From Candidatus Gottesmanbacteria bacterium (GTDB taxonomy: Bacteria; Patescibacteriota; Microgenomatia; 2-02-FULL-39-11): DNA of 64,000 nt. Location of the stretch: the NCBI GenBank assembly GCA_016186795.1, contig JACPKY010000002.1, positions 350,748 through 414,747 of the forward strand, given 5' to 3'. This document shows positions 9,539-18,286 of the stretch, piece after piece. A model generated the notes under the pieces. That model searched no databases. It saw only the letters and a list, made by a program, of their open reading frames with translations, and had not been told where the DNA came from. Numbering within the stretch: the first letter of the stretch is position 1; each line of letters begins with the position of its first letter. Made by a program: the position numbers and the translations under genes.

Positions 9539-9569
9539 AAAAAAACTCGTCCAAGTATTAGGGACGAGT
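9539..9569 (-). terminator. Intrinsic terminator of the T-box leader
   Basis: RNA ACUCGUCC-cuaauacuu-GGACGAGU followed by a U-tract, about 15 nt before the glyQS ATG; overlaps the 3' strand of the antiterminator. Confidence 0.85.
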
Positions 9570-9677
9570 CCTTTGATTTCACTTAGGATCCGCGGTTCCA
9601 CCCTGTTTCCCCCCGATTCCTTCGGGGGACAACTTTATTTCCGATACTCCCCTATGCCTTTAGGATCGCCGTATCAG
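9539..9677 (-). ncRNA. T-box riboswitch (Gly), minimal architecture
   Basis: T-box AGGGUGGAACCGCG (9604-9591) pairs with CGUCCCU. Stem III is UCCCCCGA/UCGGGGGG. Stem I is CUGAUAC/GUAUCGG with a K-turn and a CCUA-AAGGCA-UAGG hairpin carrying GGC. Confidence 0.88.
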
Positions 9678-9681
9678 TCTC

Positions 9682-9709
9682 ATTATATCGAAGATGTTAC
9701 TCTTGTCAA
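9682..9709 (-). promoter_or_regulatory. Consensus sigma70 promoter of the glyQS leader, inside the 3' end of recO
   Basis: TTGACA (9709-9704), 16 nt, TATAAT (9687-9682); predicted start just before Stem I. Confidence 0.8.
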
Positions 9710-10240
9710 GAGACTATTACTTTTCAATTTTGTCTCAAGGATGTGTTCAAGAAAGCTTTCAAGTTTTTGACCCTCAATAGTTGTCGTACGAGGAAGATAC
9801 CCTAGTTCCCATAAAAGATTATGAGTGAAATCGAAAGACACGGTCTCGAAGTTACTTCCTTTGTTGGAAAGCATACGAAACGATTGCAGAAGTATTGGAA
9901 AAATAGTGATGTGGACCTCATTCTCCGGACAAAGTCGATCCACCTGTTCGACGATCCTATAAGCAAACGCAATACGGCGAATGTCTTTCCGAATGCGAGA
10001 AAAAATTTCAAGAGAAGTTGCCTCAATGAGAATTGGAATCGAGGAAGAGGAAGCAACAAACCCTTGGATATGGCGGAATAATTCAAGATGAGAAGCTTTT
10101 CGACTTGTGACCTTTCGAACACCTTTTGCTATAACAGTTAATTTCCCGTGACTTCGAGTAAAAAGAGTTAGAAGCTTATCTGCTTCTCCAATATTTGCTC
10201 TTTTGAGAACCACTGCCTCAATCTTGTAATACCCATGCAT
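9683..10240 (-). CDS. recO: DNA repair protein RecO (short form)
   Basis: EAVVLKRANIGEADKLLTLFTRSHGK, AKGVRK, HLELF and LLWELGY motifs. Confidence 0.9.
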   Translation of the reverse strand: MHGYYKIEAVVLKRANIGEADKLLTLFTRSHGKLTVIAKGVRKVTSRKASHLELFRHIQGFVASSSSIPILIEATSLEIFSRIRKDIRRIAFAYRIVEQVDRLCPENEVHITIFPILLQSFRMLSNKGSNFETVSFDFTHNLLWELGYLPRTTTIEGQKLESFLEHILETKLKSNSLLTRVTSSI

Positions 10241-12175
10241 TTACGTATTTATGAGAAGTTTTTTATCTTCATTGAGGACAAATTTTTCAACCTCGCGACC
10301 ATTAAGAAAGAGAGAATATGAATACCCGTCTGTCCCTGGTTGTTTTTGAATAAGAAGTGGATATTTTTCACCCTTCTTAAAGGGAGTTGCGAGCGTATAT
10401 GTAATTTTTACCTCTGATTGACCCTGAGGATTTACTTTCAGAAATCCTTCAAAGACAGTTTTTCCTAACTCATCATAGACTACTGGAGAGACCTCTGATC
10501 CTGTAAATTCAACCAGCTTTGCCCCTTGCGGAACGTACACTCTTACCCAATTTCGTAAAATCCCATTCAGACAAAGTTGACCAGCCTCAAGGTTGCAATT
10601 ACTCGCCGGAGATGGGTTCTTATACAATATGGTCACCGTTTTTTTTACCGTTCCGTTGGCCTCTATAGCTATTTCTTGTTTCACATCGTGTTTGACAAAA
10701 ATATTTGATTTTGCACCAGCAAAGTTCACATTGTTTATGTGAAGGTAATCACCGTCGAACGGAACTATTCGTCCTGCAAATCCAACAGCTTCTATTCCCT
10801 TTTGTGCTTCTTCGTCATGAAAATAGAACAATACATGTTTTTCTCTCGCTTCTGTTAATAACGTTTGAAACAATTTTCCCCAGTACTGCGATGGAGAAAC
10901 ACCAAGAGCTCTCTGCATGATCTGATAAAGAAGCACCCCGATAATGTCTTTTCGATCTTCTCGAACATACGCAACAGGTCGTGTTGAGTAATCCTCAAGC
11001 TCATATACTGCTTTGGGACAATCACAACGAGGATCATTTTCTGCGCTAAACGACCGACCATAGACGTTAAACTCTCCTAAAATTTTGATCGCCGATGCTA
11101 ATACATGGGTATCAACAGTGATAATACCATCAAACGTTGGAAGGTCAGCACCAGTTGACTTTACCAAGCTCTCAAACTCATTCATCGAAACAACGTAATC
11201 AGGCGAAAGATTGCTATCGCGAAGTTGATACTTCGTCACACCAACATGGTATGTCAATATGGGTTTCGGGGGAGACGGAGCAGTCTTCTTTGACTCATCT
11301 AGCTTGTAAATATCATCTGCTTTTAGAACCTTCATCTTCCCTTTATCAATATTAAAAAGAGCATATGCTGTCATAAATCCTCCTGTTGCCCGAAGCTCAG
11401 CATCGTTTTGGAAAAGTACGAGATACGTCCTTGATCCCTTTGTCCCTAAAATATCCGGAAGACGTTTCAAAAGAGGCTGTGCTTGGACAAAAAGTTGTGC
11501 AGTCTGGGCAAAGATATCTTTGACACTTTTTAGACGCGAACGAATGACAACAGAACCAAGTTTTTCCGGATATCGGTTCGGATCAATTTGATCAAGTTCA
11601 CTGCCTACAATTGCTACTTTATCGCCGATTTCACCAATTTTGGGTGTGACCTTATCGAGTGTTTCGACAGCTGTCTGAATTCTTTGATCTGCAGATCCAG
11701 AAACAAACGTTGATTTGCCTTTGAGTCCCAAAAGATCAGCATATGGAATAACTGTATCAGCAGTAATCTCTGCAGCTTGTACACCAGCGACAGCTCCTTT
11801 TACTATGTGTTCAAGATCTGCAATATAAAGCCCTGCAAACGGTATATGTTTCATCCAGACCATCCTACCTAAGCTTTCCTCTACCTTCGCAAGATCTTTC
11901 TCTACTTGACGGAATTTTTCGGAAGCTTGTTCAATATCTTGGGATTTTACTGCTTGAGATGCTTCCTGAGCGCTTTTGATTGTTGTCTGAAAATCTGCAT
12001 ACAATGCCTGTCCGGGAAGTACCACTCCAAAAAAAGAGAAAAGACCCAAAACAACGAGAAGAACCAAAACAATGGCAAACCATTTTTTCCTACGTTGAGG
12101 TTTTTGGGCCGTCTTATCAACATTCTTTTCTTCAACCGGGGCTACCCCTATATCAAGTTTTTTAAATCCATCCAT
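10241..12175 (-). CDS. DUF4012 family membrane-anchored protein
   Basis: N-terminal TM, long helical stalk, YLVLFQNDAELRATGGF, RDSNLSPD, DGIITVD and C-terminal QKQPG motifs. Confidence 0.8.
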   Translation of the reverse strand: MDGFKKLDIGVAPVEEKNVDKTAQKPQRRKKWFAIVLVLLVVLGLFSFFGVVLPGQALYADFQTTIKSAQEASQAVKSQDIEQASEKFRQVEKDLAKVEESLGRMVWMKHIPFAGLYIADLEHIVKGAVAGVQAAEITADTVIPYADLLGLKGKSTFVSGSADQRIQTAVETLDKVTPKIGEIGDKVAIVGSELDQIDPNRYPEKLGSVVIRSRLKSVKDIFAQTAQLFVQAQPLLKRLPDILGTKGSRTYLVLFQNDAELRATGGFMTAYALFNIDKGKMKVLKADDIYKLDESKKTAPSPPKPILTYHVGVTKYQLRDSNLSPDYVVSMNEFESLVKSTGADLPTFDGIITVDTHVLASAIKILGEFNVYGRSFSAENDPRCDCPKAVYELEDYSTRPVAYVREDRKDIIGVLLYQIMQRALGVSPSQYWGKLFQTLLTEAREKHVLFYFHDEEAQKGIEAVGFAGRIVPFDGDYLHINNVNFAGAKSNIFVKHDVKQEIAIEANGTVKKTVTILYKNPSPASNCNLEAGQLCLNGILRNWVRVYVPQGAKLVEFTGSEVSPVVYDELGKTVFEGFLKVNPQGQSEVKITYTLATPFKKGEKYPLLIQKQPGTDGYSYSLFLNGREVEKFVLNEDKKLLINT

Positions 12176-12181
12176 CGCTTT

Positions 12182-12841
12182 TTATACTGCTCCTTTTCCT
12201 GTAATCATAGCTGCCGGAGTCTTTAAAAGTATCCGTATATCATACCATAAAGATCGATGATCAACATAGGCTGCATCCATTGCGATCCTTTTATCAAAAT
12301 TTACCTCTGATCTGCCTGAAACTTGCCAATATCCCGTAATTCCTGGCTTGATCGACAATACCTTTTTTACTAAAATCTTCGTCTCTGGATATTTCCGTTG
12401 CTGATTGGATAACTCATCTGGATAGTAGGCACGAGGACCAACTAAACTCATATCTCCAGTAAAGACATTCAGAAGTTGTGGTATCTCATCAAGTGAGTGG
12501 CGACGAATAAAGCGGCCGAACAGGGTAACACGCGGATCTTCTTTTAACTTATAGCTATTTTTTTTGTATTGCTCATAAAGCGATCTCATTTTCGGATCCC
12601 TCCGAAGAAGTAAATGTGCGTTCTCGACCATAGAACGGAACTTGTACATTTTAAAGCGCTTTCCATTTTTGCCTACCCTTTCAGGAGTATCAGCAAAAAC
12701 TGGTCCTGGTGATTCAAGTTTTATAAAGATTGCCAAAAGAACACAAATTGGTGTAAATATTCCCAAAAGACATGCTGATCCAAATATGTCAATCAGCCGT
12801 TTTAATACCCGATCATAATTGGCACCTGTTAAAATTTTCAT
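12182..12841 (-). CDS. Monotopic phosphoglycosyltransferase (Bac_transf, priming sugar transferase)
   Basis: [32 protein letters not shown] and [13 protein letters not shown] motifs. Confidence 0.93.
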   Translation of the reverse strand: MKILTGANYDRVLKRLIDIFGSACLLGIFTPICVLLAIFIKLESPGPVFADTPERVGKNGKRFKMYKFRSMVENAHLLLRRDPKMRSLYEQYKKNSYKLKEDPRVTLFGRFIRRHSLDEIPQLLNVFTGDMSLVGPRAYYPDELSNQQRKYPETKILVKKVLSIKPGITGYWQVSGRSEVNFDKRIAMDAAYVDHRSLWYDIRILLKTPAAMITGKGAV

Positions 12842-12842
12842 A

Positions 12843-13925
12843 TCAGACTAAATGATCATTTTCTGACCGAGCAAGATTTTCAACTAATTTTTTAATTTTC
12901 GGTACAGAATTTTTATGGCAAATTAAAACAACATCATGCGTATTGATGACAAGAAATCCGTTCAAATCGATCGTTACCACCATTTGATTTGTATAGTTAT
13001 AGATAAGACTATCCTGACAGTCAGTTACGAGAACTTTCCCTTGTATAACGTTTTGATCTGGTGTTGATTGTAAGGCCTCTTTTAACGCTTCCCATGCACC
13101 AACATCGCTCCATTCCAAGTTTTCTGAGATGACCATTGCATCATTGGTTGTGATTTTTTCCAAAATAGCATTATCGAAAGAAATCTTTGAAAGCTTCGGG
13201 TAGATTTCTTTTAAAACTCGTTTGAAATTTGGTTTTCCGTAAGCGCGGTGAATTTCCTCAAGAAGGGAAAACATCTCAGGCTGGAACCGTTTATATAGAC
13301 TCCATAAGAATGAGGGTGTCGTTACAAAATACCCTACATTCCAGGCGAAATTTCCACTTTTATAGAATTTGTCGGCTGTTTCCAAATCTGGACGGTAATG
13401 AAACTCATCAAATGCATAAAGTTCAAATCCATTACTTCGTCCTACCTTTTTTCCATATTTGATCCATCCCAAATTCTGACTCGCAAATCGAGGTTTTTGG
13501 CTGATAAAAATTATCTTGTTTGGTTTTTGAGAAACGATCTTGCTGCTTTCGGAAAGAATTTTCCGAAACAGAGCGTCTTTTCTCACTAGATGATCACTCC
13601 AAACAATAGCAATTGGCTCTCTTGGATGTATTTTTGTAAGGACTGCAGAAACAAGTCCTACCGCCGGACCGACATCTCTGCTTTCCGGCTCGCAAATAAT
13701 ATGAGACGAGGTAAGTTTTGGTAACTGTTCCGCAACAATTTTTTCATATTGGCTACTTGTGGCAATATAGATATCATCCCAAGCAAAATCAGGCAGTAAC
13801 CTTTCAACTGCAAGCTGCAACGTCGATTTTTCCCCGATGACTTTCTCAAATTGTTTGGGAGAGCGTCGTCTGGACAATGGCCACAAACGAGTTCCTACCC
13901 CACCTGCAAAAATAATTGCTTTCAT
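12843..13925 (-). CDS. manC: Mannose-1-phosphate guanylyltransferase (no PMI domain)
   Basis: AGGVGTRLWPLSR, PKQF, EP..RD, SDH, SFDNAILEK and WSDVGAW motifs. Confidence 0.88.
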   Translation of the reverse strand: MKAIIFAGGVGTRLWPLSRRRSPKQFEKVIGEKSTLQLAVERLLPDFAWDDIYIATSSQYEKIVAEQLPKLTSSHIICEPESRDVGPAVGLVSAVLTKIHPREPIAIVWSDHLVRKDALFRKILSESSKIVSQKPNKIIFISQKPRFASQNLGWIKYGKKVGRSNGFELYAFDEFHYRPDLETADKFYKSGNFAWNVGYFVTTPSFLWSLYKRFQPEMFSLLEEIHRAYGKPNFKRVLKEIYPKLSKISFDNAILEKITTNDAMVISENLEWSDVGAWEALKEALQSTPDQNVIQGKVLVTDCQDSLIYNYTNQMVVTIDLNGFLVINTHDVVLICHKNSVPKIKKLVENLARSENDHLV

Positions 13926-15040
13926 ATTATAGCTTTTGAATCTCTGTAGTATTTTCCAATGAGTTCCCGAATGTTCTTCTGAAAATGTCGTTTGGAAAAC
14001 CGAGAGGCATGAGTATAACAGTCTTCAGATAAATACTCCTTTGAGTTGAAGCGTAGAACCTTCTCGGAAAGACACTCCATAGATTCCTCTTCGTACAATT
14101 CACCAGTTTTCCCCACTTGTATAGTTTCTGCCACTCCCCCTTTCTTATATGCAATCACGGGTCTTCCACACGCTTGAGCTTCAACTGCAGTAATACCGAA
14201 ATCTTCTTCTCCCGGATAGATCAAAGCTTGACAATTTTGATAATACCAACAGAGTTTTGCATCTGTCAAATCACTACCAATAAATTCAATCGTTGGGCCG
14301 GCGAGTTTTCTTAACCGCTTACTATCAATGCCAGTTCCAATAATCTTGAGTGGGAATCCAAGGTTATTGAATACCTCAATAGCATAATCAATTCGCTTAT
14401 AAGGAACAAGCCGGGACACAATGAGAAAATAACGACCTGATGATAAGGTGTGATCGGGAGTAAACGTTTTCGTATCAACTGGAGGATAGATTACTTCTGC
14501 GTGTTGTTGGTAGTATACATCAATTCTTTCTGCTACAGCTTTCGAGATAGCAATGTACTTATCAGGCCTCTTCGAAGAGATATAATCCCAGTTCCGAAGT
14601 AGTGGAGCAGCAGACCTAATAAGAAATCGTGCCAAACCATTTGCCCAACCTAATCCGGGTTCCCGGATGTACTCGTCATACCCACTCCACAGATATCTGG
14701 TAGGAGTTAAGCAGTAACACACATGAAGAGTTCCTGGCTTTGTGAGAATTCCCTTTGCCTCGGCAGAGGTAATGGTTAGAACAAGATCAAAATCATCAAA
14801 CGTCATTGATTCGTAAAAAAAGGGGAGAAGTGGGGGAAGAATTTCATGGGGAACGACATTTAGAGGCCACCTACTTAACACCGAAGTTTTGACATGAAAG
14901 ACGTCTGCATAAGGTGCCGTCTTTGGATTATAGACCGGAGTAAAAAGTGGAGCTTCCGGCCAAATCTCATGAAGAGCAAGAAGTACTCGCTCTGCACCTC
15001 CAAATTTGTTGACTCTATCATAGACAAAGGCTATCTTCAT
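13922..15040 (-). CDS. GT4 glycosyltransferase (WbaZ-like mannosyltransferase)
   Basis: GGAERVL, YCLTPTRYLW, SRLVPYKRID and EDFGITAVEAQACG motifs. Confidence 0.88.
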   Translation of the reverse strand: MKIAFVYDRVNKFGGAERVLLALHEIWPEAPLFTPVYNPKTAPYADVFHVKTSVLSRWPLNVVPHEILPPLLPFFYESMTFDDFDLVLTITSAEAKGILTKPGTLHVCYCLTPTRYLWSGYDEYIREPGLGWANGLARFLIRSAAPLLRNWDYISSKRPDKYIAISKAVAERIDVYYQQHAEVIYPPVDTKTFTPDHTLSSGRYFLIVSRLVPYKRIDYAIEVFNNLGFPLKIIGTGIDSKRLRKLAGPTIEFIGSDLTDAKLCWYYQNCQALIYPGEEDFGITAVEAQACGRPVIAYKKGGVAETIQVGKTGELYEEESMECLSEKVLRFNSKEYLSEDCYTHASRFSKRHFQKNIRELIGKYYRDSKAII

Positions 15041-15043
15041 GTA

Positions 15044-16162
15044 CTACTGAGTAGTATACATTGTTTCATATAAGGAACGTGTTATCTTGGCTGTTTTTTC
15101 CCAATCATAGAACGGAAGATTTTTCTTTGCCCGTGAGACAAGTTGCTTGTATTTTGCTGGCGACATTTTCAAGATCTCTACCATTTTTCCAGCTATATCG
15201 GTAGAACTATACGGATTAAACATCGGAAGTTTTTCCCCCCAGATTTCCCGAAAGACTGGTATGTCAGAAATAACTGGTAGTATATTACAGTAAAGAGCTT
15301 CGAGATTTGGAAGACCAAACCCCTCCATAAGAGATGGAAATACGAGGAAAGAACAAAATGAATAGAGGTTAAAAAGATCGTGATCATTGGCGTTTCCGAA
15401 AAAAATAACCGCGTCTCCCAAACCTAATGACTTCGCATACCGTTCTAGTCTTGGATAAAAATAGAAATCAGAGCCCGCACAAACGAGTTTAATCAGAGAA
15501 TGTTTTCGAACGATTTTCAGTGCTTGCAAAAGACGCTCCAGATTTTTGTGGGGATATGCATTTCCCACGTATAAAATGTACTTATTGGGAAAAAGCCGCA
15601 CCGGAGTTTCTGTATCAACGGTTTTTTGAAAATGTGTATCAAGGGCGTCGTACGTTACGAACAGTTTTTCCGAAGGTACGTGATAATGATCATATACCTC
15701 TGCTTTGGTAGTATTTGATATTACTGTTATTGCGGATGCTCTCCTAACTGCTAGTTTTGTAGCAAAGGAATAGCCCAGACGCTTTATTCGGTAGAGAGGT
15801 TTTGGTAGAGTACTTGCTCGACCGGTATCAAAGTGATCCAAAATAAGATCGTGAATGGTAAGTAAGTATTTCTTGGGGTAACTAATTGGAACATTAAAAT
15901 AGGGGAAATGGACAACATCGAGATGATCTCTTAAAAGCACGTATGGTACAACAATCTGCTCGGTAATGGTATGCCAGGAAATATCGAGTAATTTCTTGTG
16001 CCAGTGACGACTTACTGGTTGGAATAAATCCCAATCTTTTTTCCGGAAATACACAATGTATTCATCTGATACGTCAAGCTTTTGAAGCGCCCGAAGAATG
16101 TTTTTGAGATATCTTCCTACACCTGTCTGAGTATATAATCTTGCATCGATTCCAATTCTCAT
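15044..16162 (-). CDS. GT4 glycosyltransferase (MtfB-like)
   Basis: IGIDAR, GVGRY, TIHDL, PHKNL and EGFGLPNLEA motifs. Confidence 0.9.
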   Translation of the reverse strand: MRIGIDARLYTQTGVGRYLKNILRALQKLDVSDEYIVYFRKKDWDLFQPVSRHWHKKLLDISWHTITEQIVVPYVLLRDHLDVVHFPYFNVPISYPKKYLLTIHDLILDHFDTGRASTLPKPLYRIKRLGYSFATKLAVRRASAITVISNTTKAEVYDHYHVPSEKLFVTYDALDTHFQKTVDTETPVRLFPNKYILYVGNAYPHKNLERLLQALKIVRKHSLIKLVCAGSDFYFYPRLERYAKSLGLGDAVIFFGNANDHDLFNLYSFCSFLVFPSLMEGFGLPNLEALYCNILPVISDIPVFREIWGEKLPMFNPYSSTDIAGKMVEILKMSPAKYKQLVSRAKKNLPFYDWEKTAKITRSLYETMYTTQ

Positions 16163-16165
16163 GGG

Positions 16166-17071
16166 TTACCTATATTGAAGAAGGGCGAAATACTTTTTAA
16201 TTGAAATAACAGCAAAAATACAGTATGTTACAACTTCCGGATATTTTGTCCTATAGTGCTTCTTGTAGAATATTTTCATAACATCAAAACGAGCCTCTGT
16301 TGCCTGTTTTTGAATAGATACATCTGCCTTAGAAAGAAATCGTGAATGGGTTTTGATCCCACTTGACGCACCTTTTAGATGAATAATCTCGCATGATGGT
16401 TGATAAAGGATCTTCCACCCTTTCTCCTTCAATGTATAACAAAGATCAATATCCTCACCATACCAGAAATAATCCTCATCGAGCCATCCGACTTCATCAC
16501 CTGCCTTTTTACGTACGAGCATAAAGGCTCCACAACAGCTATCGACCTCGTGAAGAATATCCATATTTTGATATCCTAAGTGATACCCGTTAAACAATAA
16601 ACTTTTCGGAAAACACCTTCCCAACCCTACAAAGTGACAGAATGCATTCCAAGCCGTTGGAAAACCTCGGTGACTTGCATCGTCAATTTCCCCCGACAAT
16701 AACTTCACCTTGCACGTCACAATACCTGCGTCGGGATGTGACTGTAATGTGTCTAATGCACATGCAAGAGATTCTTTGGAGACTATGGTATCGGGATTGA
16801 GAAGGAGAATATACGAACCTTTCGCACGTCTTATTCCTCGATTATTCGCTTTTGAAAAACCTTCGTTTGAAGAGTTTGCGAATACCTTCACCCAGGCATA
16901 TTTTTTCTTTATTAATATGGCTTCTTTCCCGTAAGATGCATTGTCAACAACGATTACTTCGTAATCATTCTTTGTTAATGAGGACTTTGCAATTGAATTT
17001 AAACAATTTTCAAGGAGATGAAATGAATTATAGTTCACAATAACAATAGAGATCTTCAAATTTTTCTTCAT
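16166..17071 (-). CDS. GT2 glycosyltransferase (WbbL-like)
   Basis: SIVIVNYN, VVDNAS, GFSKANN, LLNPD, GAFML and YGEDID motifs; start placed at ATG 17071. Confidence 0.88.
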   Translation of the reverse strand: MKKNLKISIVIVNYNSFHLLENCLNSIAKSSLTKNDYEVIVVDNASYGKEAILIKKKYAWVKVFANSSNEGFSKANNRGIRRAKGSYILLLNPDTIVSKESLACALDTLQSHPDAGIVTCKVKLLSGEIDDASHRGFPTAWNAFCHFVGLGRCFPKSLLFNGYHLGYQNMDILHEVDSCCGAFMLVRKKAGDEVGWLDEDYFWYGEDIDLCYTLKEKGWKILYQPSCEIIHLKGASSGIKTHSRFLSKADVSIQKQATEARFDVMKIFYKKHYRTKYPEVVTYCIFAVISIKKYFALLQYR

Positions 17072-17087
17072 ACTTGAAACCAAAAAT

Positions 17088-18278
17088 TTACATATGATGA
17101 GCTGCTTCTTTATAGATCCGATCAAGTTTGTTCGCAATCATTTCCCAGTTGAATTGTCTTTCAACAAGCTCACGACCATTTTTTGCAAGTTTCCTATATA
17201 ATGAAGGGTTTGTAAGAACCGTAACAGTTTCACTCGCTAGTACTTTCACATTGTCAGAAATTATGGCGTGTTTATTGTGAACTGCACCTAGCCCTTCAAT
17301 ACCAGTGGTGGTTGTCACAACAGGAAGTCCAGTTGCCATCGCCTCGAGAATCTTATATCGTGTTCCCCCGGGGCCATAGATTGGTGCAAGAAGTACATCA
17401 GACTTTATATAGGCCTTGCGAATGTCTTCCATATCTTCAGTTATTCGTACGGAACTTGATTGGTAAGAGCGAATTGATTTCGGAGGATGTCTACCAATAA
17501 TCCATAAAGTCGCCTTGGGAATTCTTGAAACAATCTGGGGCCAAATGTCTTTCATAAGAATTGAAACAGCTTCACGATTTTGTAGCCATTTAAAATTCCC
17601 TACAAACAATATAGTTGGCCGTGTGGAGTCTATTTTATCTTTCCTCTTTTCAAAAAATGATACGTCAACCCCATTGGGCACAAGATCCACTGGGAGATTC
17701 GGAATGAGACTTTGCATGATTTTCTTATCAGGAAGGGACATTGTGACAACTCGTGTTGCTTTCTGCCAGAACCGTTTCTCCCAAAATTTTATTTTTACTA
17801 CATCCCACTCCATTAAAAGCTTCAGTAGAAGGAACTGAATGCTTTTGGTGTAATGTTTATATACCAAATATTCTATCGTCTGCTCTGCCAGAATCGTCGG
17901 AATTGTATTCGGAGGAATATTGGGCATCACATAAAATGTTTCAGCATGAATAATATCAAAGCGTTGCCGCTCCAACTCTTTTGCAATAGCTTTTTTTACT
18001 TCTTGTATGTAATACATACACACCACAAGAGGATAGTAAGTAACAGCAGACAGAAACAAACTCTTCGGTGCCCATGGGGGTCTTTTTTTGAATACCTTTA
18101 CATCAATACAATATTTTTTGAGACGTGGAATGTACTCTTTTTCCTGTTCATCTCGGATAAAAGAGTAGAGAGTTATTTCATGTTTTTTTGAAAGGTTCTT
18201 TAATAGATTGTATGTCCGAATTTGTCCACCAGACCAGATCGGATACGGCAGATACGGTGTCAACATGAGAATTTTCAT
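17088..18278 (-). CDS. GT4-like glycosyltransferase
   Basis: PYP..SGGQIR, VPNGVD, FVGNFKWLQN and GTRYKILEAMA motifs. Confidence 0.88.
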   Translation of the reverse strand: MKILMLTPYLPYPIWSGGQIRTYNLLKNLSKKHEITLYSFIRDEQEKEYIPRLKKYCIDVKVFKKRPPWAPKSLFLSAVTYYPLVVCMYYIQEVKKAIAKELERQRFDIIHAETFYVMPNIPPNTIPTILAEQTIEYLVYKHYTKSIQFLLLKLLMEWDVVKIKFWEKRFWQKATRVVTMSLPDKKIMQSLIPNLPVDLVPNGVDVSFFEKRKDKIDSTRPTILFVGNFKWLQNREAVSILMKDIWPQIVSRIPKATLWIIGRHPPKSIRSYQSSSVRITEDMEDIRKAYIKSDVLLAPIYGPGGTRYKILEAMATGLPVVTTTTGIEGLGAVHNKHAIISDNVKVLASETVTVLTNPSLYRKLAKNGRELVERQFNWEMIANKLDRIYKEAAHHM

Positions 18279-18286
18279 GGCTATGC

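Noticed and set aside
9525-9554. N-terminal extension MDEFFCGNFL of GlyRS in the ORF track
   Set aside because: Lies inside the T-box terminator; ATG 9524 gives a typical GlyRS N-terminus
9608-9629. GC-rich hairpin resembling a terminator or REP element
   Set aside because: No U-tract, and its position immediately 5' of the T-box identifies it as Stem III
9573-9770. 65-aa plus-strand ORF that could be a leader peptide
   Set aside because: Wrong strand for glyQS attenuation; the region is explained by the T-box RNA and the recO 3' end
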